A stretch of 64,000 nucleotides of DNA from Minisyncoccota bacterium. GTDB taxonomy: Bacteria > Patescibacteriota > Minisyncoccia > Phycocordibacterales > JABAAK01. The DNA lies in NCBI GenBank assembly GCA_963668425.1, contig OY764332.1, positions 460,336 to 524,335 of the forward strand, read 5' to 3'. Positions within the stretch are counted from its first letter, which is position 1. Each line of letters begins with the position of its first letter. Shown piece after piece: positions 1-10,292 of this stretch. The position numbers and the translations under genes were made by a program. Below the pieces are notes generated by a model that worked only from the letters and a program-made list of their open reading frames with translations, did not search any database and had not been told where the DNA came from.

Positions 1-650
1 GCGGACCTGAAAAAGTCATTGGTGTGCCAGATACCTTATCGTCAATCGGAGTATCGCAGGAGACACAGCGCGCGTTTGCTGCCACCCTAGGACGGATGGA
101 GGAGAAGGGGTATATCGTGCGGGAGGTGTCGTTGCCGATTATGGAAAAGGCAGGGGCGATTTACTATATTATCCAACCAGCAGAGGCATCTTCTAATCTT
201 GCGCGGTTTGATGGGGTGCGGTATGGGTACCATAAGGATGGTGTAGATGTGTGGGGTGATTATATACAAACTCGGAGCAGTGGATTTGGTGAGGAAGTGT
301 CACGACGGATTGTTGTCGGTTCGTATGTGTTGTCTGCGGGGTATTATGATGCGTATTATAAGAAGGCGGTTGCGGCACGTGCTACGATGCGGCGTGCATT
401 TTTGGAGGTGTTGCAGGAGGTTACGGTGTTGGCGATGCCAACGACGCCGGATGTAGCATTTACAGAGGGCGCTATTCAGGATCCGATTGCGATGTATGCA
501 GAAGATCGTCTTACGTTGCAGGCAAATCTTACTGGGTTGCCGGCGATATCGGTGCCAATGCAGGTTGCTGGGTTGCCGAGAGGGGTGCAGTTTATTGGTG
601 GGTATAATAGTGAGGAGATGTTGTTTTCTTGTGCGCGAGATGTTGTGTGA
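1..650 (+). CDS. gatA: Asp/Glu-tRNA amidotransferase subunit A, 3' part (runs off window start)
   Basis: Motifs AEASSNLARFDGVRYG, GFGEEVSRRI, LSAGYYDAYY, ANLTGLPAISVP. Confidence 0.95.
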   Translation, partial: GPEKVIGVPDTLSSIGVSQETQRAFAATLGRMEEKGYIVREVSLPIMEKAGAIYYIIQPAEASSNLARFDGVRYGYHKDGVDVWGDYIQTRSSGFGEEVSRRIVVGSYVLSAGYYDAYYKKAVAARATMRRAFLEVLQEVTVLAMPTTPDVAFTEGAIQDPIAMYAEDRLTLQANLTGLPAISVPMQVAGLPRGVQFIGGYNSEEMLFSCARDVV

Positions 651-656
651 AAAAAA

Positions 657-682
657 TATCGGGACGCATGAGCGTCCCGATA
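657..682. terminator. Hairpin between convergent genes
   Basis: TATCGGGACGC-ATGA-GCGTCCCGATA, A-tract on left. Confidence 0.7.
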
Positions 683-705
683 GTTGTGGCAGTGTGGCAG
701 GATAG

Positions 706-1461
706 TTAGAATGCATATGAAACACCTACATTACCCCAGGTGTAGTATTTCTTTCGTTGCATATCCTGGAATAGGTTAAATCCCACCTGCAGTTTTACCG
801 CATCTCGGGGTTCTATTTCCAACGCTATTTTGCTTCTTAACGTTGTTTCTGGTTCTTGTCCAACGTTAACTAGCGTTGTTGCAATAGCAGTATCGGTGGT
901 GATTGCCATATTTTGTTGTACTTGTGTGCGCGTAGCAAGCCCCACACCACCCATTCCGATCATTTCTTCTATCGGGATGTGGGCGGGTGCTAGGAAACCA
1001 ATGAAGATGTAAGGTTTCCGTGTGCTTGATGCAGCAAGTGTCGCTTTCAGTAGGGTCTCGTACTTATCGTTTTGAAAGTGGTCTTGCTTGCTTGGCATGC
1101 TTGTGTGCATGTACATATGCTGTGCGCTCAAGTGTACCTTATCAATCCGCCTTTTGGCGGCAACGACGATGCTCGTGTGTCCGTTCGTTCCGTCTTGGAC
1201 TTGGTCATTGCTCCACAGACGTGTGGTGGTGGTGTTTATGCTACCACTAAAGACAGCTAAACCAATTGGGTACTCTGCTGACATCCCTATTCCAGTGCTT
1301 GGATTTTCTGCGAAATGAGGGAGTAGGTTTCCCCTTACATCCTTACTTGTATGCAGTAGGTCTGCTTGGACCCCAAGGGGTCCCTGTTGTGCGTGCGCTA
1401 TTGGCATTAGCGATACCAATAGCATACTCGCTATGATTGCGATATACGCTTTTCGTGCCAT
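706..1461 (-). CDS. Secreted hypothetical protein, beta-strand-rich, ends in ...GVSYAF
   Basis: Long ORF, GGAGG SD before ATG, signal peptide ending AHA. Confidence 0.75.
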   Translation of the reverse strand: MARKAYIAIIASMLLVSLMPIAHAQQGPLGVQADLLHTSKDVRGNLLPHFAENPSTGIGMSAEYPIGLAVFSGSINTTTTRLWSNDQVQDGTNGHTSIVVAAKRRIDKVHLSAQHMYMHTSMPSKQDHFQNDKYETLLKATLAASSTRKPYIFIGFLAPAHIPIEEMIGMGGVGLATRTQVQQNMAITTDTAIATTLVNVGQEPETTLRSKIALEIEPRDAVKLQVGFNLFQDMQRKKYYTWGNVGVSYAF

Positions 1462-1707
1462 GTTGGATTCCTCCAAACTTTTTGATTTTATTTACAAATG
1501 TTCACAAATGTTCAAACAGATGTTCATGTCGGAGAACCATTTTCTCCGGTACTGTTTCAAGTGTAGCACACATTGGACAGTCAGTCATGTTTGTGTTTAT
1601 GCCAGTGCTTGCTATGCTGTTGAATGTGTGGGATATACGCTGACTATTGGATTATGTAGCGTGTGTTGATTTTTTGAAATTGTTTGTTAGTGTAGGTTTG
1701 TTAGAAA

Positions 1708-1739
1708 AATACCCGAATATTTGAAAATATTCGGGTATT
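1708..1739. terminator. Intrinsic terminator hairpin
   Basis: AATACCCGAATATT...AATATTCGGGTATT just after stop of 1745..2056. Confidence 0.7.
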
Positions 1740-1744
1740 GTTTT

Positions 1745-2056
1745 TTATTGCGTTGCCATTAAAACTTCGGCAATGCATGTGTTGTGCTTACTTTGGTGTG
1801 TAATCCTCAGGTCAATTTTCCGAATATTGTTTCCGAGGATTTGTCTTGCTTTCTGGTATGCATTCTGTATTGCGATTTCTTCAGGGTGTCCAGTTGCAGA
1901 GACCCAGACAGCTGAGTACTGTTTGCCGTCTATGACAGTCGTGAAGATTTTATTCTCGCCGGCTATCTGTGCTTTTTCCCAGAGGTTGGGTGAAGTTGGT
2001 ACTCCGCAGCTGATACACAATACACATAGTATGAACAATGCAAGACATTTCATCAA
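1745..2056 (-). CDS. Small putative lipoprotein
   Basis: AAGGAGG SD, hydrophobic N-terminus with lipobox-like CISC, terminator downstream. Confidence 0.7.
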   Translation of the reverse strand: MMKCLALFILCVLCISCGVPTSPNLWEKAQIAGENKIFTTVIDGKQYSAVWVSATGHPEEIAIQNAYQKARQILGNNIRKIDLRITHQSKHNTCIAEVLMATQ

Positions 2057-2140
2057 TAATTCCTCCTTTTGGAAATCTTACATAGGTAGCATATACCTTC
2101 TTATTTTGTTGTGTCAGGAATTTGCTACACTGTAGTCATT

Positions 2141-3556
2141 ATGCCATACACACCAACTATTGGACTTGAAGTGCATGTGGAGCTTTTGACGGAGAGCAAA
2201 CTTTTTTGTGGATGTCGGAATGATCCGAATAGTGATGACCCTAACCTCTATATTTGTCCAGTGTGTGTTGGGTATCCTGGGGCATTGCCATATTTAAATA
2301 GGAAGGCGGTAGAACATGTCTTGCGGATTGGTGTCGCGCTTGGCGGGGAGTTGGCGACCTTTACTGAATTTGATAGGAAGCATTATTTTTATCCTGATAT
2401 ACCGAAGGGGTATCAAATTAGTCAGTATGCGTTTCCGCTAGTGAAGAATGCTAATCTCTCAGGTGTGGGTATTGAGCGAATACACCTTGAAGAAGATACT
2501 GCAAAGAGTTCACATGATGTGTGTTCGCGTGGATCGGTGATTGATTTTAATCGTTCGGGGGTGCCGTTGATGGAGTTGGTAACTGAGCCGGTAATACACA
2601 CTCCTGAGGAAGCGAGGAGATTTGGTGATTTGTTGCAGCGGACACTTCGGTACCTTAAGGTGGCACGTGCGCGAATGGAGTGGGGGGAAATGCGAGTTGA
2701 GGCGAATATCTCGGTGAGCGATACTGATGTGCTTGGTACGAAGGTTGAGGTGAAAAACCTGAACTCATTTAAGTCGGTGTGCGGGGCGATTGTTTATGAG
2801 GTGGAGCGGCAGACGGCGTTACTTGAGAAACAGGAGCGTGTGGCACAGGAGACGCGTGGGTGGAATGAGAACACCGGCAAAACCTTTTCACAGCGATCAA
2901 AAGAAACCTCAGCAGAGTATCGGTATATGCCGGAGCCGGATTTGCCAAAGTATTATATTGATCGTGTGTCGGGTTGGGATGCGGATTCATTGCGAGCAAT
3001 GCTTCCTGAGTTGCCGGAGCAGAAGATGAAGCGCTATATTGAGGAGTTGCAGATTGATGTGAAGAAGGCGGATATTTTGGTGAAGCATCAGCCCTTGGGA
3101 GATCTCTTTGATGCGGTTGTTGGACGTATTGTTCATCCGGATGCGGTGCGTCTGACGGCGAATTATCTCACTTCAGATGTGATGCAGTATGTGGAGGAAG
3201 GTGATGAGACACTCTTTGAGCGAGTAGTCGCTGATGCGGTTGTGGACATTATACAAATGCTTATTGACGGGGTGCTCTCATCGCGTGGTGTGAAGGATGT
3301 TATTGCGATATTGGTGCAGGATGGTGGATCACCGCGGGATATTGCTGAGCGGAAGGGTTTGTTTCAGGAATCCGATGAAGGGGCGTTGCAGGAAGTTATC
3401 AGAAAGGTGGTTGCGGATAATGAAAAAGTGATTCAGGAGTATAGAGCGGGGAAAAAGCAGGCGTTACAGTTTCTTGTTGGGCAGGTGATGAAGGAGACCA
3501 AAGGATCTGCAAATCCGGGAAAGGTGCAGGAATTATTGAAAACATCTCTTGCGTAG
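2141..3556 (+). CDS. gatB: Asp/Glu-tRNA amidotransferase subunit B
   Basis: IGLEVHVEL, RKHYFYPDIPKGYQISQ, IHLEED, VEVKNLNSF, YRYMPEPDLP, YqeY-like C-terminus. Confidence 0.97.
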   Translation: MPYTPTIGLEVHVELLTESKLFCGCRNDPNSDDPNLYICPVCVGYPGALPYLNRKAVEHVLRIGVALGGELATFTEFDRKHYFYPDIPKGYQISQYAFPLVKNANLSGVGIERIHLEEDTAKSSHDVCSRGSVIDFNRSGVPLMELVTEPVIHTPEEARRFGDLLQRTLRYLKVARARMEWGEMRVEANISVSDTDVLGTKVEVKNLNSFKSVCGAIVYEVERQTALLEKQERVAQETRGWNENTGKTFSQRSKETSAEYRYMPEPDLPKYYIDRVSGWDADSLRAMLPELPEQKMKRYIEELQIDVKKADILVKHQPLGDLFDAVVGRIVHPDAVRLTANYLTSDVMQYVEEGDETLFERVVADAVVDIIQMLIDGVLSSRGVKDVIAILVQDGGSPRDIAERKGLFQESDEGALQEVIRKVVADNEKVIQEYRAGKKQALQFLVGQVMKETKGSANPGKVQELLKTSLA

Positions 3557-3598
3557 CATATATCGTGCTACTGTGATTAACGTTAGAGCGGTGGATGG

Positions 3599-4105
3599 CT
3601 ATAGGTACACTCTATTCTGACCCCTTTCTCTTTTTTTGGTTCCCTGCTGTCTTTTACCTTCTTCGCGCCTATTTTTTGCGTGTGCTTGTTTGCGCTTTAT
3701 CTTTTCTCTCTTTCTCTCTTTTTCTTCTTCTGATGATTGATTTTGGTTAGGGTTTAGTACTTTTTCAATGGCGTTATTAAGTCGTTTGAAAGCCGCTTTT
3801 TCGTTCTGAGGTTTGTTTTTGTACTCCTTTGCTTTTATGATAATGTTACCATCTTCATTTATCTTCACTAATGCATTGAGCTCATTCTGTTTTTCCTGAA
3901 TTTCTGGACTGAGGTGTGCGATATTGATGCGCATGTCAACTGCTGTTTTGTTTTTATTTACATTTTGTCCGCCGGGCTTTGAGCCGGGGTTAATGGCTTT
4001 TATCTTAATATCTCTGCCTCGTAGGTGAGACAGGTGGTTATAGTTTTTATATTCTTTAGTAGCTCTATGTTCAACTTGGTTGAGATTGAAGAATTTATTT
4101 TTCAT
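3599..4105 (-). CDS. arfB: Ribosome-rescue peptidyl-tRNA hydrolase (ArfB/YaeJ-like)
   Basis: PGGQNVNK GGQ motif, short length, basic C-terminal tail. Confidence 0.8.
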   Translation of the reverse strand: MKNKFFNLNQVEHRATKEYKNYNHLSHLRGRDIKIKAINPGSKPGGQNVNKNKTAVDMRINIAHLSPEIQEKQNELNALVKINEDGNIIIKAKEYKNKPQNEKAAFKRLNNAIEKVLNPNQNQSSEEEKERKREKIKRKQAHAKNRREEGKRQQGTKKRERGQNRVYL

Positions 4106-4254
4106 TTTCTTTTGTAGTATACATCTCTGTGGCGGTAAGGCGAGCGAGTGTTAGGGGAAAAGTATCATTTCTTCTTTGTTTATTTGTTTTTTTGGTTACC
4201 CTTACTACAGAAGATGGCTGTGTTTTAGGAATTGAGATTTGGTATACTGGTAGT

Positions 4255-5124
4255 GTGAGTAGTGTTATCATTCAATTGACTATTAATAGCGTGATTGTCG
4301 GGGCATTGTATACGTTGATTGCGGTTGGGTTTACTCTTTCCTATGGGGTAGGGAAATTTTTTAACCTTGCCCATGGAGTGATGACGGCAATTGGGGCGTA
4401 CGCGGTGTTTTATCTGACAAAGGGGTTGCAGGTTAATGTGTGGCTTGCCCTTATTCTTGCCCTTGTGTTTGTCGGTGTGGTTGGATGGTTGTTGGAGCGG
4501 TTTATTTATGCACCACTGCGTGCTAAGAAAGCGTCAAATTTGGTACTGTTGGTTGCCTCACTAGGAGCGTTTACTGCGTTGCAGGGTCTTCTTTCTATTA
4601 TCTTTTCTTCACAGATTCAAACCTTGTCGCAGGGGCGCGCTGTGCAACAAGTGTTTACTATTTTTGGCGCGACTATAACGCATATACAAGTTGTTACTGT
4701 CGTCGTAGCGGCGTTGGTTGTTGTCTCTCTTGTTGTGCTGTTGCGATTTACCTTGTTTGGGAAGGCGGTACGTGCGGTATCTGACGATGAGGAGGTTTCA
4801 AAAATTGTTGGCATTAATACTGCACGGGTGATCGGCATTGTGTTTTTTATTGCCTCTGCTGTTGCTGGATTAGCTGGTATATTGGTTGGGTTTGATACCG
4901 CAATAGAGCCGACGATGGGTATGGCACTTTTGTTGAAGGGGATTATTGCTGCTATTGTTGGTGGTATTGGTAGTGTCTATGGTGCGGTACTTGGTGCGTT
5001 TTTACTTGGGTTTGCAGAGAATTTTGGTATATGGAAAATATCGGGTGAATGGAAGGATGCGATTGCGTTTGGTTTGCTGATTATATTTCTTCTTTTTCGT
5101 CCGCGAGGGATATTACATACATGA
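4255..5124 (+). CDS. livH: Branched-chain amino acid ABC permease
   Basis: NLAHG, FGKAVRAVS, AAIVGGIGS, LLFRPRG; GTG start chosen from upstream -10 box. Confidence 0.9.
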   Translation: MSSVIIQLTINSVIVGALYTLIAVGFTLSYGVGKFFNLAHGVMTAIGAYAVFYLTKGLQVNVWLALILALVFVGVVGWLLERFIYAPLRAKKASNLVLLVASLGAFTALQGLLSIIFSSQIQTLSQGRAVQQVFTIFGATITHIQVVTVVVAALVVVSLVVLLRFTLFGKAVRAVSDDEEVSKIVGINTARVIGIVFFIASAVAGLAGILVGFDTAIEPTMGMALLLKGIIAAIVGGIGSVYGAVLGAFLLGFAENFGIWKISGEWKDAIAFGLLIIFLLFRPRGILHT

Positions 5125-5131
5125 TTGTACC

Positions 5132-6010
5132 ATGCAAGAGCTTATTTACTATTTTACCCACCTTTTGATCATGGTCTCCCTGTATGCTATTTTGGCGCTG
5201 GGTCTTAATTTAGTGGTTGGGTATACTGGTTTACTTTCGGTGATGCACTCGGCATTTTATGGTGTTGGCGCGTATGCATCTGCGTTGTTTATGACGCAGT
5301 TAGGTATTACTTTTTTTGTTGCGATCATTTTGAGTGTTCTGATTGCTGTTGTGATAAGTTTGGGGATTGGGTTGGTGTTGAGTAAATTTGACGGAGATTA
5401 CTATGCGCTTGGGTCACTCGGATTTGGTGTGATCCTCTATTCCATCTTTTTGAGCTGGAAGGGGTTAACACGGGGTGCGTTGGGTATTCCGCAGATACCG
5501 AAACCGGTGCTGTTTGGTTTTGATTTTTCACAGATTACAGTTTTTTTACTGTTGGTGTTGGTGGCATTGGCAGGCGTCTACCTTTTTTCCCACTTTGTCG
5601 TACGTTCTTCTTTCGGCAGGGTGCTGATGGCTATTCGTGAGGATGAGCGGGCGATTCAGGTATTTGGGTATAACACGTTGTATTTTAAGTTAACCGTGTC
5701 TGTCCTCGGTGCCGCAATAGCCGCAATAGCCGGATCGCTGTTCGCCTCATACATCACATATATTAACCCATCCTCATTTACTACTATGGAGTCGGTGTAT
5801 CTGCTTTCTGTTATTATTTTGGGTGGGTTGGCAAGCTTGCGTGGGTCTCTTATTGGTGCGCTGTCGTTGGTGTTGTTGTTTGAAGGGTTGCGGTATGTTG
5901 GTCTTTCTGGTGAGGTTGCGGCGCATGCACGGGAGGTGCTCTACGGCGTTATATTGATAGTGTTGATGCTTTATCGTCCCCAGGGACTTGTTGGGAATTA
6001 TAAATTATGA
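5132..6010 (+). CDS. livM: Branched-chain amino acid ABC permease
   Basis: GLNLVVGYTGLLS, FGRVLMAIREDE, MLYRPQGL. Confidence 0.9.
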   Translation: MQELIYYFTHLLIMVSLYAILALGLNLVVGYTGLLSVMHSAFYGVGAYASALFMTQLGITFFVAIILSVLIAVVISLGIGLVLSKFDGDYYALGSLGFGVILYSIFLSWKGLTRGALGIPQIPKPVLFGFDFSQITVFLLLVLVALAGVYLFSHFVVRSSFGRVLMAIREDERAIQVFGYNTLYFKLTVSVLGAAIAAIAGSLFASYITYINPSSFTTMESVYLLSVIILGGLASLRGSLIGALSLVLLFEGLRYVGLSGEVAAHAREVLYGVILIVLMLYRPQGLVGNYKL

Positions 6011-6741
6011 GTGCTATGGCAGTAAAAAATATTGTAAAACGATTTGAAGGAGTTTGTGCTCTGGATGGTTTGTCTTTGGAGATTGCACGGGGTGCGGTGG
6101 TCGGTATTGTTGGACCGAATGGGTCTGGGAAGAGTACTTTGATTAATGTGCTTAGTGGCATGTTGCAGATTGATGACGGGTCGCTTTACATCGGTGGTGA
6201 GATGGTGCGTATGAGAGGTCCACATCGGATGAGTGCCTACGGTATTACTCGTACCTTTCAGGAGGTGCGGCTGTTTGAGCAAATGACGGTGTTGGATAAT
6301 GTGCTAGTGGTATTGGCAAGGCGGTCTGTGATTGCTTCATTGTTTCGGCGGCAGGAGGTGCGCTTTGATGCGGATGCTCGTTTGGCACTTGAGATGGTTG
6401 GTTTGTGGGAGAAGCGGAGTGATCTTGCCTCAACGCTATCGTATGGACAGCGAAAATTGTTGGAGATTGCGCGGGTACTCGTTATGCAAGATATGCAAGT
6501 ATACCTTTTTGATGAGCCGTTTGCTGGATTGTTCCCAGCGATGGTGAAGACGGTTGTTGGTGTTATACAGGATTTGCGGCGACAGAGGAAGAGTGTAGTG
6601 CTGATTGAGCACAATATGGATCTGATTCGTCAGTTGTCTGATACAGTGATTGCTATGGATGAAGGGAAATTACTTGCGCAGGGTACTCCTGAGGAGGTGC
6701 TTGCGCGACAGGAGGTTGTTGGGGTGTATTTAGGAGTGTAG
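6007..6741 (+). CDS. livG: Branched-chain amino acid ABC ATPase
   Basis: GPNGSGKST, RTFQ, LSYGQRKLLEIAR, DEPFAG. Confidence 0.9.
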   Translation: MSAMAVKNIVKRFEGVCALDGLSLEIARGAVVGIVGPNGSGKSTLINVLSGMLQIDDGSLYIGGEMVRMRGPHRMSAYGITRTFQEVRLFEQMTVLDNVLVVLARRSVIASLFRRQEVRFDADARLALEMVGLWEKRSDLASTLSYGQRKLLEIARVLVMQDMQVYLFDEPFAGLFPAMVKTVVGVIQDLRRQRKSVVLIEHNMDLIRQLSDTVIAMDEGKLLAQGTPEEVLARQEVVGVYLGV

Positions 6742-6744
6742 TGT

Positions 6745-7467
6745 ATGGATAAGGAGTTATTATTACAAGTGCATAATCTCAGTGTTCGGTATCGCGGGAT
6801 GCCGGTCCTTAGTGAAGTGTCTTTATTGCTTGACGAAGGAGAGATTGTTGCACTGATGGGGCCGAATGGTGCCGGAAAGTCAACAATATTGAAGTCCATT
6901 TTTGGATTGGCGCCTATCTGTGGTGGAGATCTGTTGTGGCGGAATAAGGTTTTTACACCACTGCCACATCAAGTAGTGCGGCGTGGTATCGCATTTGTGC
7001 CGCAAGGTCGGCGAGTTTTTTCTGGATTGTCTGTTGAGGAGAACTTGGAGATCGGGGGTGCGGTCATTCGTGATGAAGTGGAGATGAGGGAGCGAATTGA
7101 GGAGGTGATGCGTATGTTTCCGGTACTGCGAGAGAAACGGAATGCTCCGTCTGGCACACTTTCTGGTGGACAGCAGCAGATGCTTGCACTTGCGCGTGGA
7201 CTGATGATTGATCCGAAGGTGTTGCTTTTGGATGAGCCGTCGCTTGGGCTGGCGCCGAAGGTTGTGAAAGAAATTTTTGCAAAAATGCAGGAGATTAATG
7301 AAAATCGCAAGACCGCTATTTTGGTTGTTGAGCATAATATTAATTCACTTTTGGATATCGCTCATCGGGCGTATGTGTTGGATAAAGGGAGGATTGTGGT
7401 TGAGAGTACAGCGGATGAGTTGCGGGAGAGTGGTGTATTGGAGAAGGTGTTTCTTGGTAGTTTGTAA
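6745..7467 (+). CDS. livF: Branched-chain amino acid ABC ATPase
   Basis: GPNGAGKST, VPQGRRVF, LSGGQQQMLA, LLLDEPSLGLAP. Confidence 0.92.
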   Translation: MDKELLLQVHNLSVRYRGMPVLSEVSLLLDEGEIVALMGPNGAGKSTILKSIFGLAPICGGDLLWRNKVFTPLPHQVVRRGIAFVPQGRRVFSGLSVEENLEIGGAVIRDEVEMRERIEEVMRMFPVLREKRNAPSGTLSGGQQQMLALARGLMIDPKVLLLDEPSLGLAPKVVKEIFAKMQEINENRKTAILVVEHNINSLLDIAHRAYVLDKGRIVVESTADELRESGVLEKVFLGSL

Positions 7468-7530
7468 TATGCCTGTCGTCTCTGGTGTTGTTCCTTGTTG
7501 TGTTGTGTTTAGGTAGTACACTATCTCTAT

Positions 7531-7992
7531 ATGGACTCCTTTCATTTTTTATCAAGTGAGGTTGTGGGTCTTTTTATTATGCTTGCGGGGTTTGTGGTGG
7601 GGCTTGGGGCAGTGGTCGTGATTGATGTGCATGGCTTTTTGGGACGACGTTCGTTGTATTGGAGTGAGACGACGATACGGACGCATAAGGTGACGAAGCC
7701 GTTGATCTGGATCGGTTTGCTGCTGGCTATTATTGGTGGGCTTATGGTGTATTGGGGTGAGTCGTTTGTGGGTATACCGCTTGTGCACAGTATTGTTGCC
7801 ATTGTGTTGGTGTTGAACGGCTGTTTTTTGTCGTTTTCGGTGAGTCCATTTTTATTGCGGCGTGAACAAGAAGGAAAGGCGAGGGCTTTATTACCGAAAT
7901 CGTGGCAACGAAAGATTATGATTAGTTTAGTGCTCTCTGATGTTGGGTGGTGGGGGAGCTTGTTTTTATTAGCATATTACCTAGTTGGTTAA
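7531..7992 (+). CDS. Hypothetical membrane protein (~4 TM)
   Basis: Hydrophobic segments; TACACT 8 nt upstream of ATG. Confidence 0.75.
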   Translation: MDSFHFLSSEVVGLFIMLAGFVVGLGAVVVIDVHGFLGRRSLYWSETTIRTHKVTKPLIWIGLLLAIIGGLMVYWGESFVGIPLVHSIVAIVLVLNGCFLSFSVSPFLLRREQEGKARALLPKSWQRKIMISLVLSDVGWWGSLFLLAYYLVG

Positions 7993-8042
7993 GGAGTGTT
8001 TTTATTAGAGGTGGTTGTGAAGTGGTACACTGTCTGTTATAT

Positions 8043-9095
8043 ATGGGTACAGGCATTATTGCACTTGGTATTGCTGTTTTTTGGTCGTCGGTTGGCATGG
8101 GGATTGGTGTGACGACATTGGTCATTCCGATTCTCAAAAAAGTGCAGGCGCAGAAAGAGAAAGATCGTAAGGAGACCTTGTATGGAACGGAGGCAGTTGA
8201 ATTTAATAAGATACGAAAAATGGAAGAGCAGGAAATAAAGAAAGAGCCGGTTGCGCGCATTGGCGGTTTGACATTATTGCCGACTGTTTTGTTTGTCGGA
8301 CTTGCTGTTGCGTGGTTGCTACAGTCAATGTTGTTGGTATTTTCTGTGGCGCTGGTGTTTGCGGTGGCGCTGGTGGCGCTGTATGATGATTTGCTTGATG
8401 TTGGCTTGCTTCGGGGGAAGGTGTGGCGTGTGCGGAAACGTCTTTTATTGTTGGGATCTGTTGCGTTTGTAGGTGGTATTGGACTGTATCAACTTTTTCC
8501 CGATATGATGATTACTTTTTTGCCGTTTTCGGTGTTTGAGCAGGTGCCAGTTGGTCTGTGGTTTCCTGTACTGTTCGCAGCATGGTATGTTTTTTGGCAA
8601 GCATCGTCTATGATAGATGGCATAGATGGGTTGTCGGGTAGTGTTTTTTTGCTGTTATTTCTTGGCACTGCGGTGGTGAGTGTGTTGCAGGGAGATGCTG
8701 AGCCGTTTATACTTAGTGCGTTGGGAGCGGGAGTGGTGGTGCCGTGGCTGTTTGTGAATTATGCACCAGCAAAGGTGTATTTGACTGAGGTGGGTATTAC
8801 TATTTTATTGATGTTGTACGCTTTGATTTCATTTTTGCTTGGCAGTGGTGAGTATGCCGGCGATGGTTTGTGGGTTAGTGGTATCTTTGGCATTGTTTTG
8901 ATAGCGACTTGGGGGTCAAATGTGTTGCAACTTTTGTATCGGAAAAAAACTGGAAAAAAGCTGTTTCGTATCGCTCCGTTACATCATCACTTTGAAGCGC
9001 TTGGTTTGCCGGGATGTGCGGTGGTCACGCGCTATATGCTGGTGACGATATTGTCTGTGATGGGTGGACTTTCACTTCTCTTTTTGTTGCAGTAA
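8043..9095 (+). CDS. mraY: Phospho-MurNAc-pentapeptide transferase, divergent
   Basis: YDD, DGIDGL, NYAPAKV, APLHHHFE; upstream of ftsW. Confidence 0.85.
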   Translation: MGTGIIALGIAVFWSSVGMGIGVTTLVIPILKKVQAQKEKDRKETLYGTEAVEFNKIRKMEEQEIKKEPVARIGGLTLLPTVLFVGLAVAWLLQSMLLVFSVALVFAVALVALYDDLLDVGLLRGKVWRVRKRLLLLGSVAFVGGIGLYQLFPDMMITFLPFSVFEQVPVGLWFPVLFAAWYVFWQASSMIDGIDGLSGSVFLLLFLGTAVVSVLQGDAEPFILSALGAGVVVPWLFVNYAPAKVYLTEVGITILLMLYALISFLLGSGEYAGDGLWVSGIFGIVLIATWGSNVLQLLYRKKTGKKLFRIAPLHHHFEALGLPGCAVVTRYMLVTILSVMGGLSLLFLLQ

Positions 9096-9121
9096 GTTGT
9101 TTTTTACATACCATTTATTTT

Positions 9122-10288
9122 ATGCAAAATTTGATTCGTCAATATATTACCAAGAAGGAACAGTTGCGACAGCTGATTTTGTTGGTAATTGGTGTCCTGT
9201 TCTGTATGGGGTTGTTTTTTTTGTTTTATGCATATGTTGCTGAGGCAATAAAACTGCCGAATACAAAGATATTTAATAACTTGGGTGTGCAGGTTGTGGC
9301 GTTTGGTGTCGGGTTGTTGGCGATGTATTTAGTATCGCGGCTGAGGTATCAAGTGTATCGTCGACATATTTTTTTAATTGGTACGTTGTCGTTAGTGTCT
9401 ATGTTGCTGTTGTTCACACCACTTTCAATTGAGCGAAATGGTGCCGTGCGATGGTTGGATTTGGGCATTTTGCAATTTCAGCCGTCTGAGATTTTGAAAT
9501 TGGGATTTGTGTTGTTTTTTGCATTTTTATTCACGCAAAAAAATGTTCGGAATAATATAAAAAAATTACTTGGCTTTACCGTTGCGGGGTTTTTGGTGTT
9601 GTTGGGAGCTTCAGTGTTGCAGCCGGATTATGGGTCGGCGGTGATTATCGGAAGCGCGATAATGGGAATGGCGATTATTGCCCGATTGCCGAGAGTTTGG
9701 TGGGTCAGTATTATTAGTGCTTTGCTTGTCGCAAGTGTTGCGATTAGTTTTTTCGCACCGTCGTATATCGCGAATCGTTTTAAGGTTTTTTATGATGTTA
9801 ATTTTGGTGAGTTAACGCCGGAGCAACGATATGGTGAGGCGTATCACTCGTTGCAAAACTTAGAAGCAGTTCGGGTTGGAGGGCTCTTGGGGCAGGGTCC
9901 TGGGTATGTGGCACAGAGTTCGCATTTGAGTATTCCTGAGGTGACGACTGACTCTATTTTTGCGTTGATTGCGGCAGAGGTTGGCTTTATCGGGTCGTTT
10001 ATTCTGATTTCGTTGTTTTTGTGCTTCTTTTTGTTATGTTATACCATCGCTGATTTTACTAAAGATCGGTTCGGGAAGTATGTTGTTGTGGGTATTACAA
10101 CTCTTTTTGCCGCGCAATTTTTTGTGAACATTCTTGTTGTGCTTGGTTTGCCGGCGACTGGTATTCCGCTCATATTCTTTAGTCGTGGTGGTAGTTCGTT
10201 GGTTATTACACTTGCTTCTGTGGGTATTATTCTCAATGTGTTGAAGCAGAAGCCGGTGCGGCGGGAGATTTACCGAGGAGAGTTGTAA
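9122..10288 (+). CDS. ftsW: SEDS family peptidoglycan polymerase (FtsW/RodA)
   Basis: NGAVRWL, FQPSEILK, QPDYG, PATGIPL, GGSS. Confidence 0.88.
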   Translation: MQNLIRQYITKKEQLRQLILLVIGVLFCMGLFFLFYAYVAEAIKLPNTKIFNNLGVQVVAFGVGLLAMYLVSRLRYQVYRRHIFLIGTLSLVSMLLLFTPLSIERNGAVRWLDLGILQFQPSEILKLGFVLFFAFLFTQKNVRNNIKKLLGFTVAGFLVLLGASVLQPDYGSAVIIGSAIMGMAIIARLPRVWWVSIISALLVASVAISFFAPSYIANRFKVFYDVNFGELTPEQRYGEAYHSLQNLEAVRVGGLLGQGPGYVAQSSHLSIPEVTTDSIFALIAAEVGFIGSFILISLFLCFFLLCYTIADFTKDRFGKYVVVGITTLFAAQFFVNILVVLGLPATGIPLIFFSRGGSSLVITLASVGIILNVLKQKPVRREIYRGEL

Positions 10289-10292
10289 CTCG

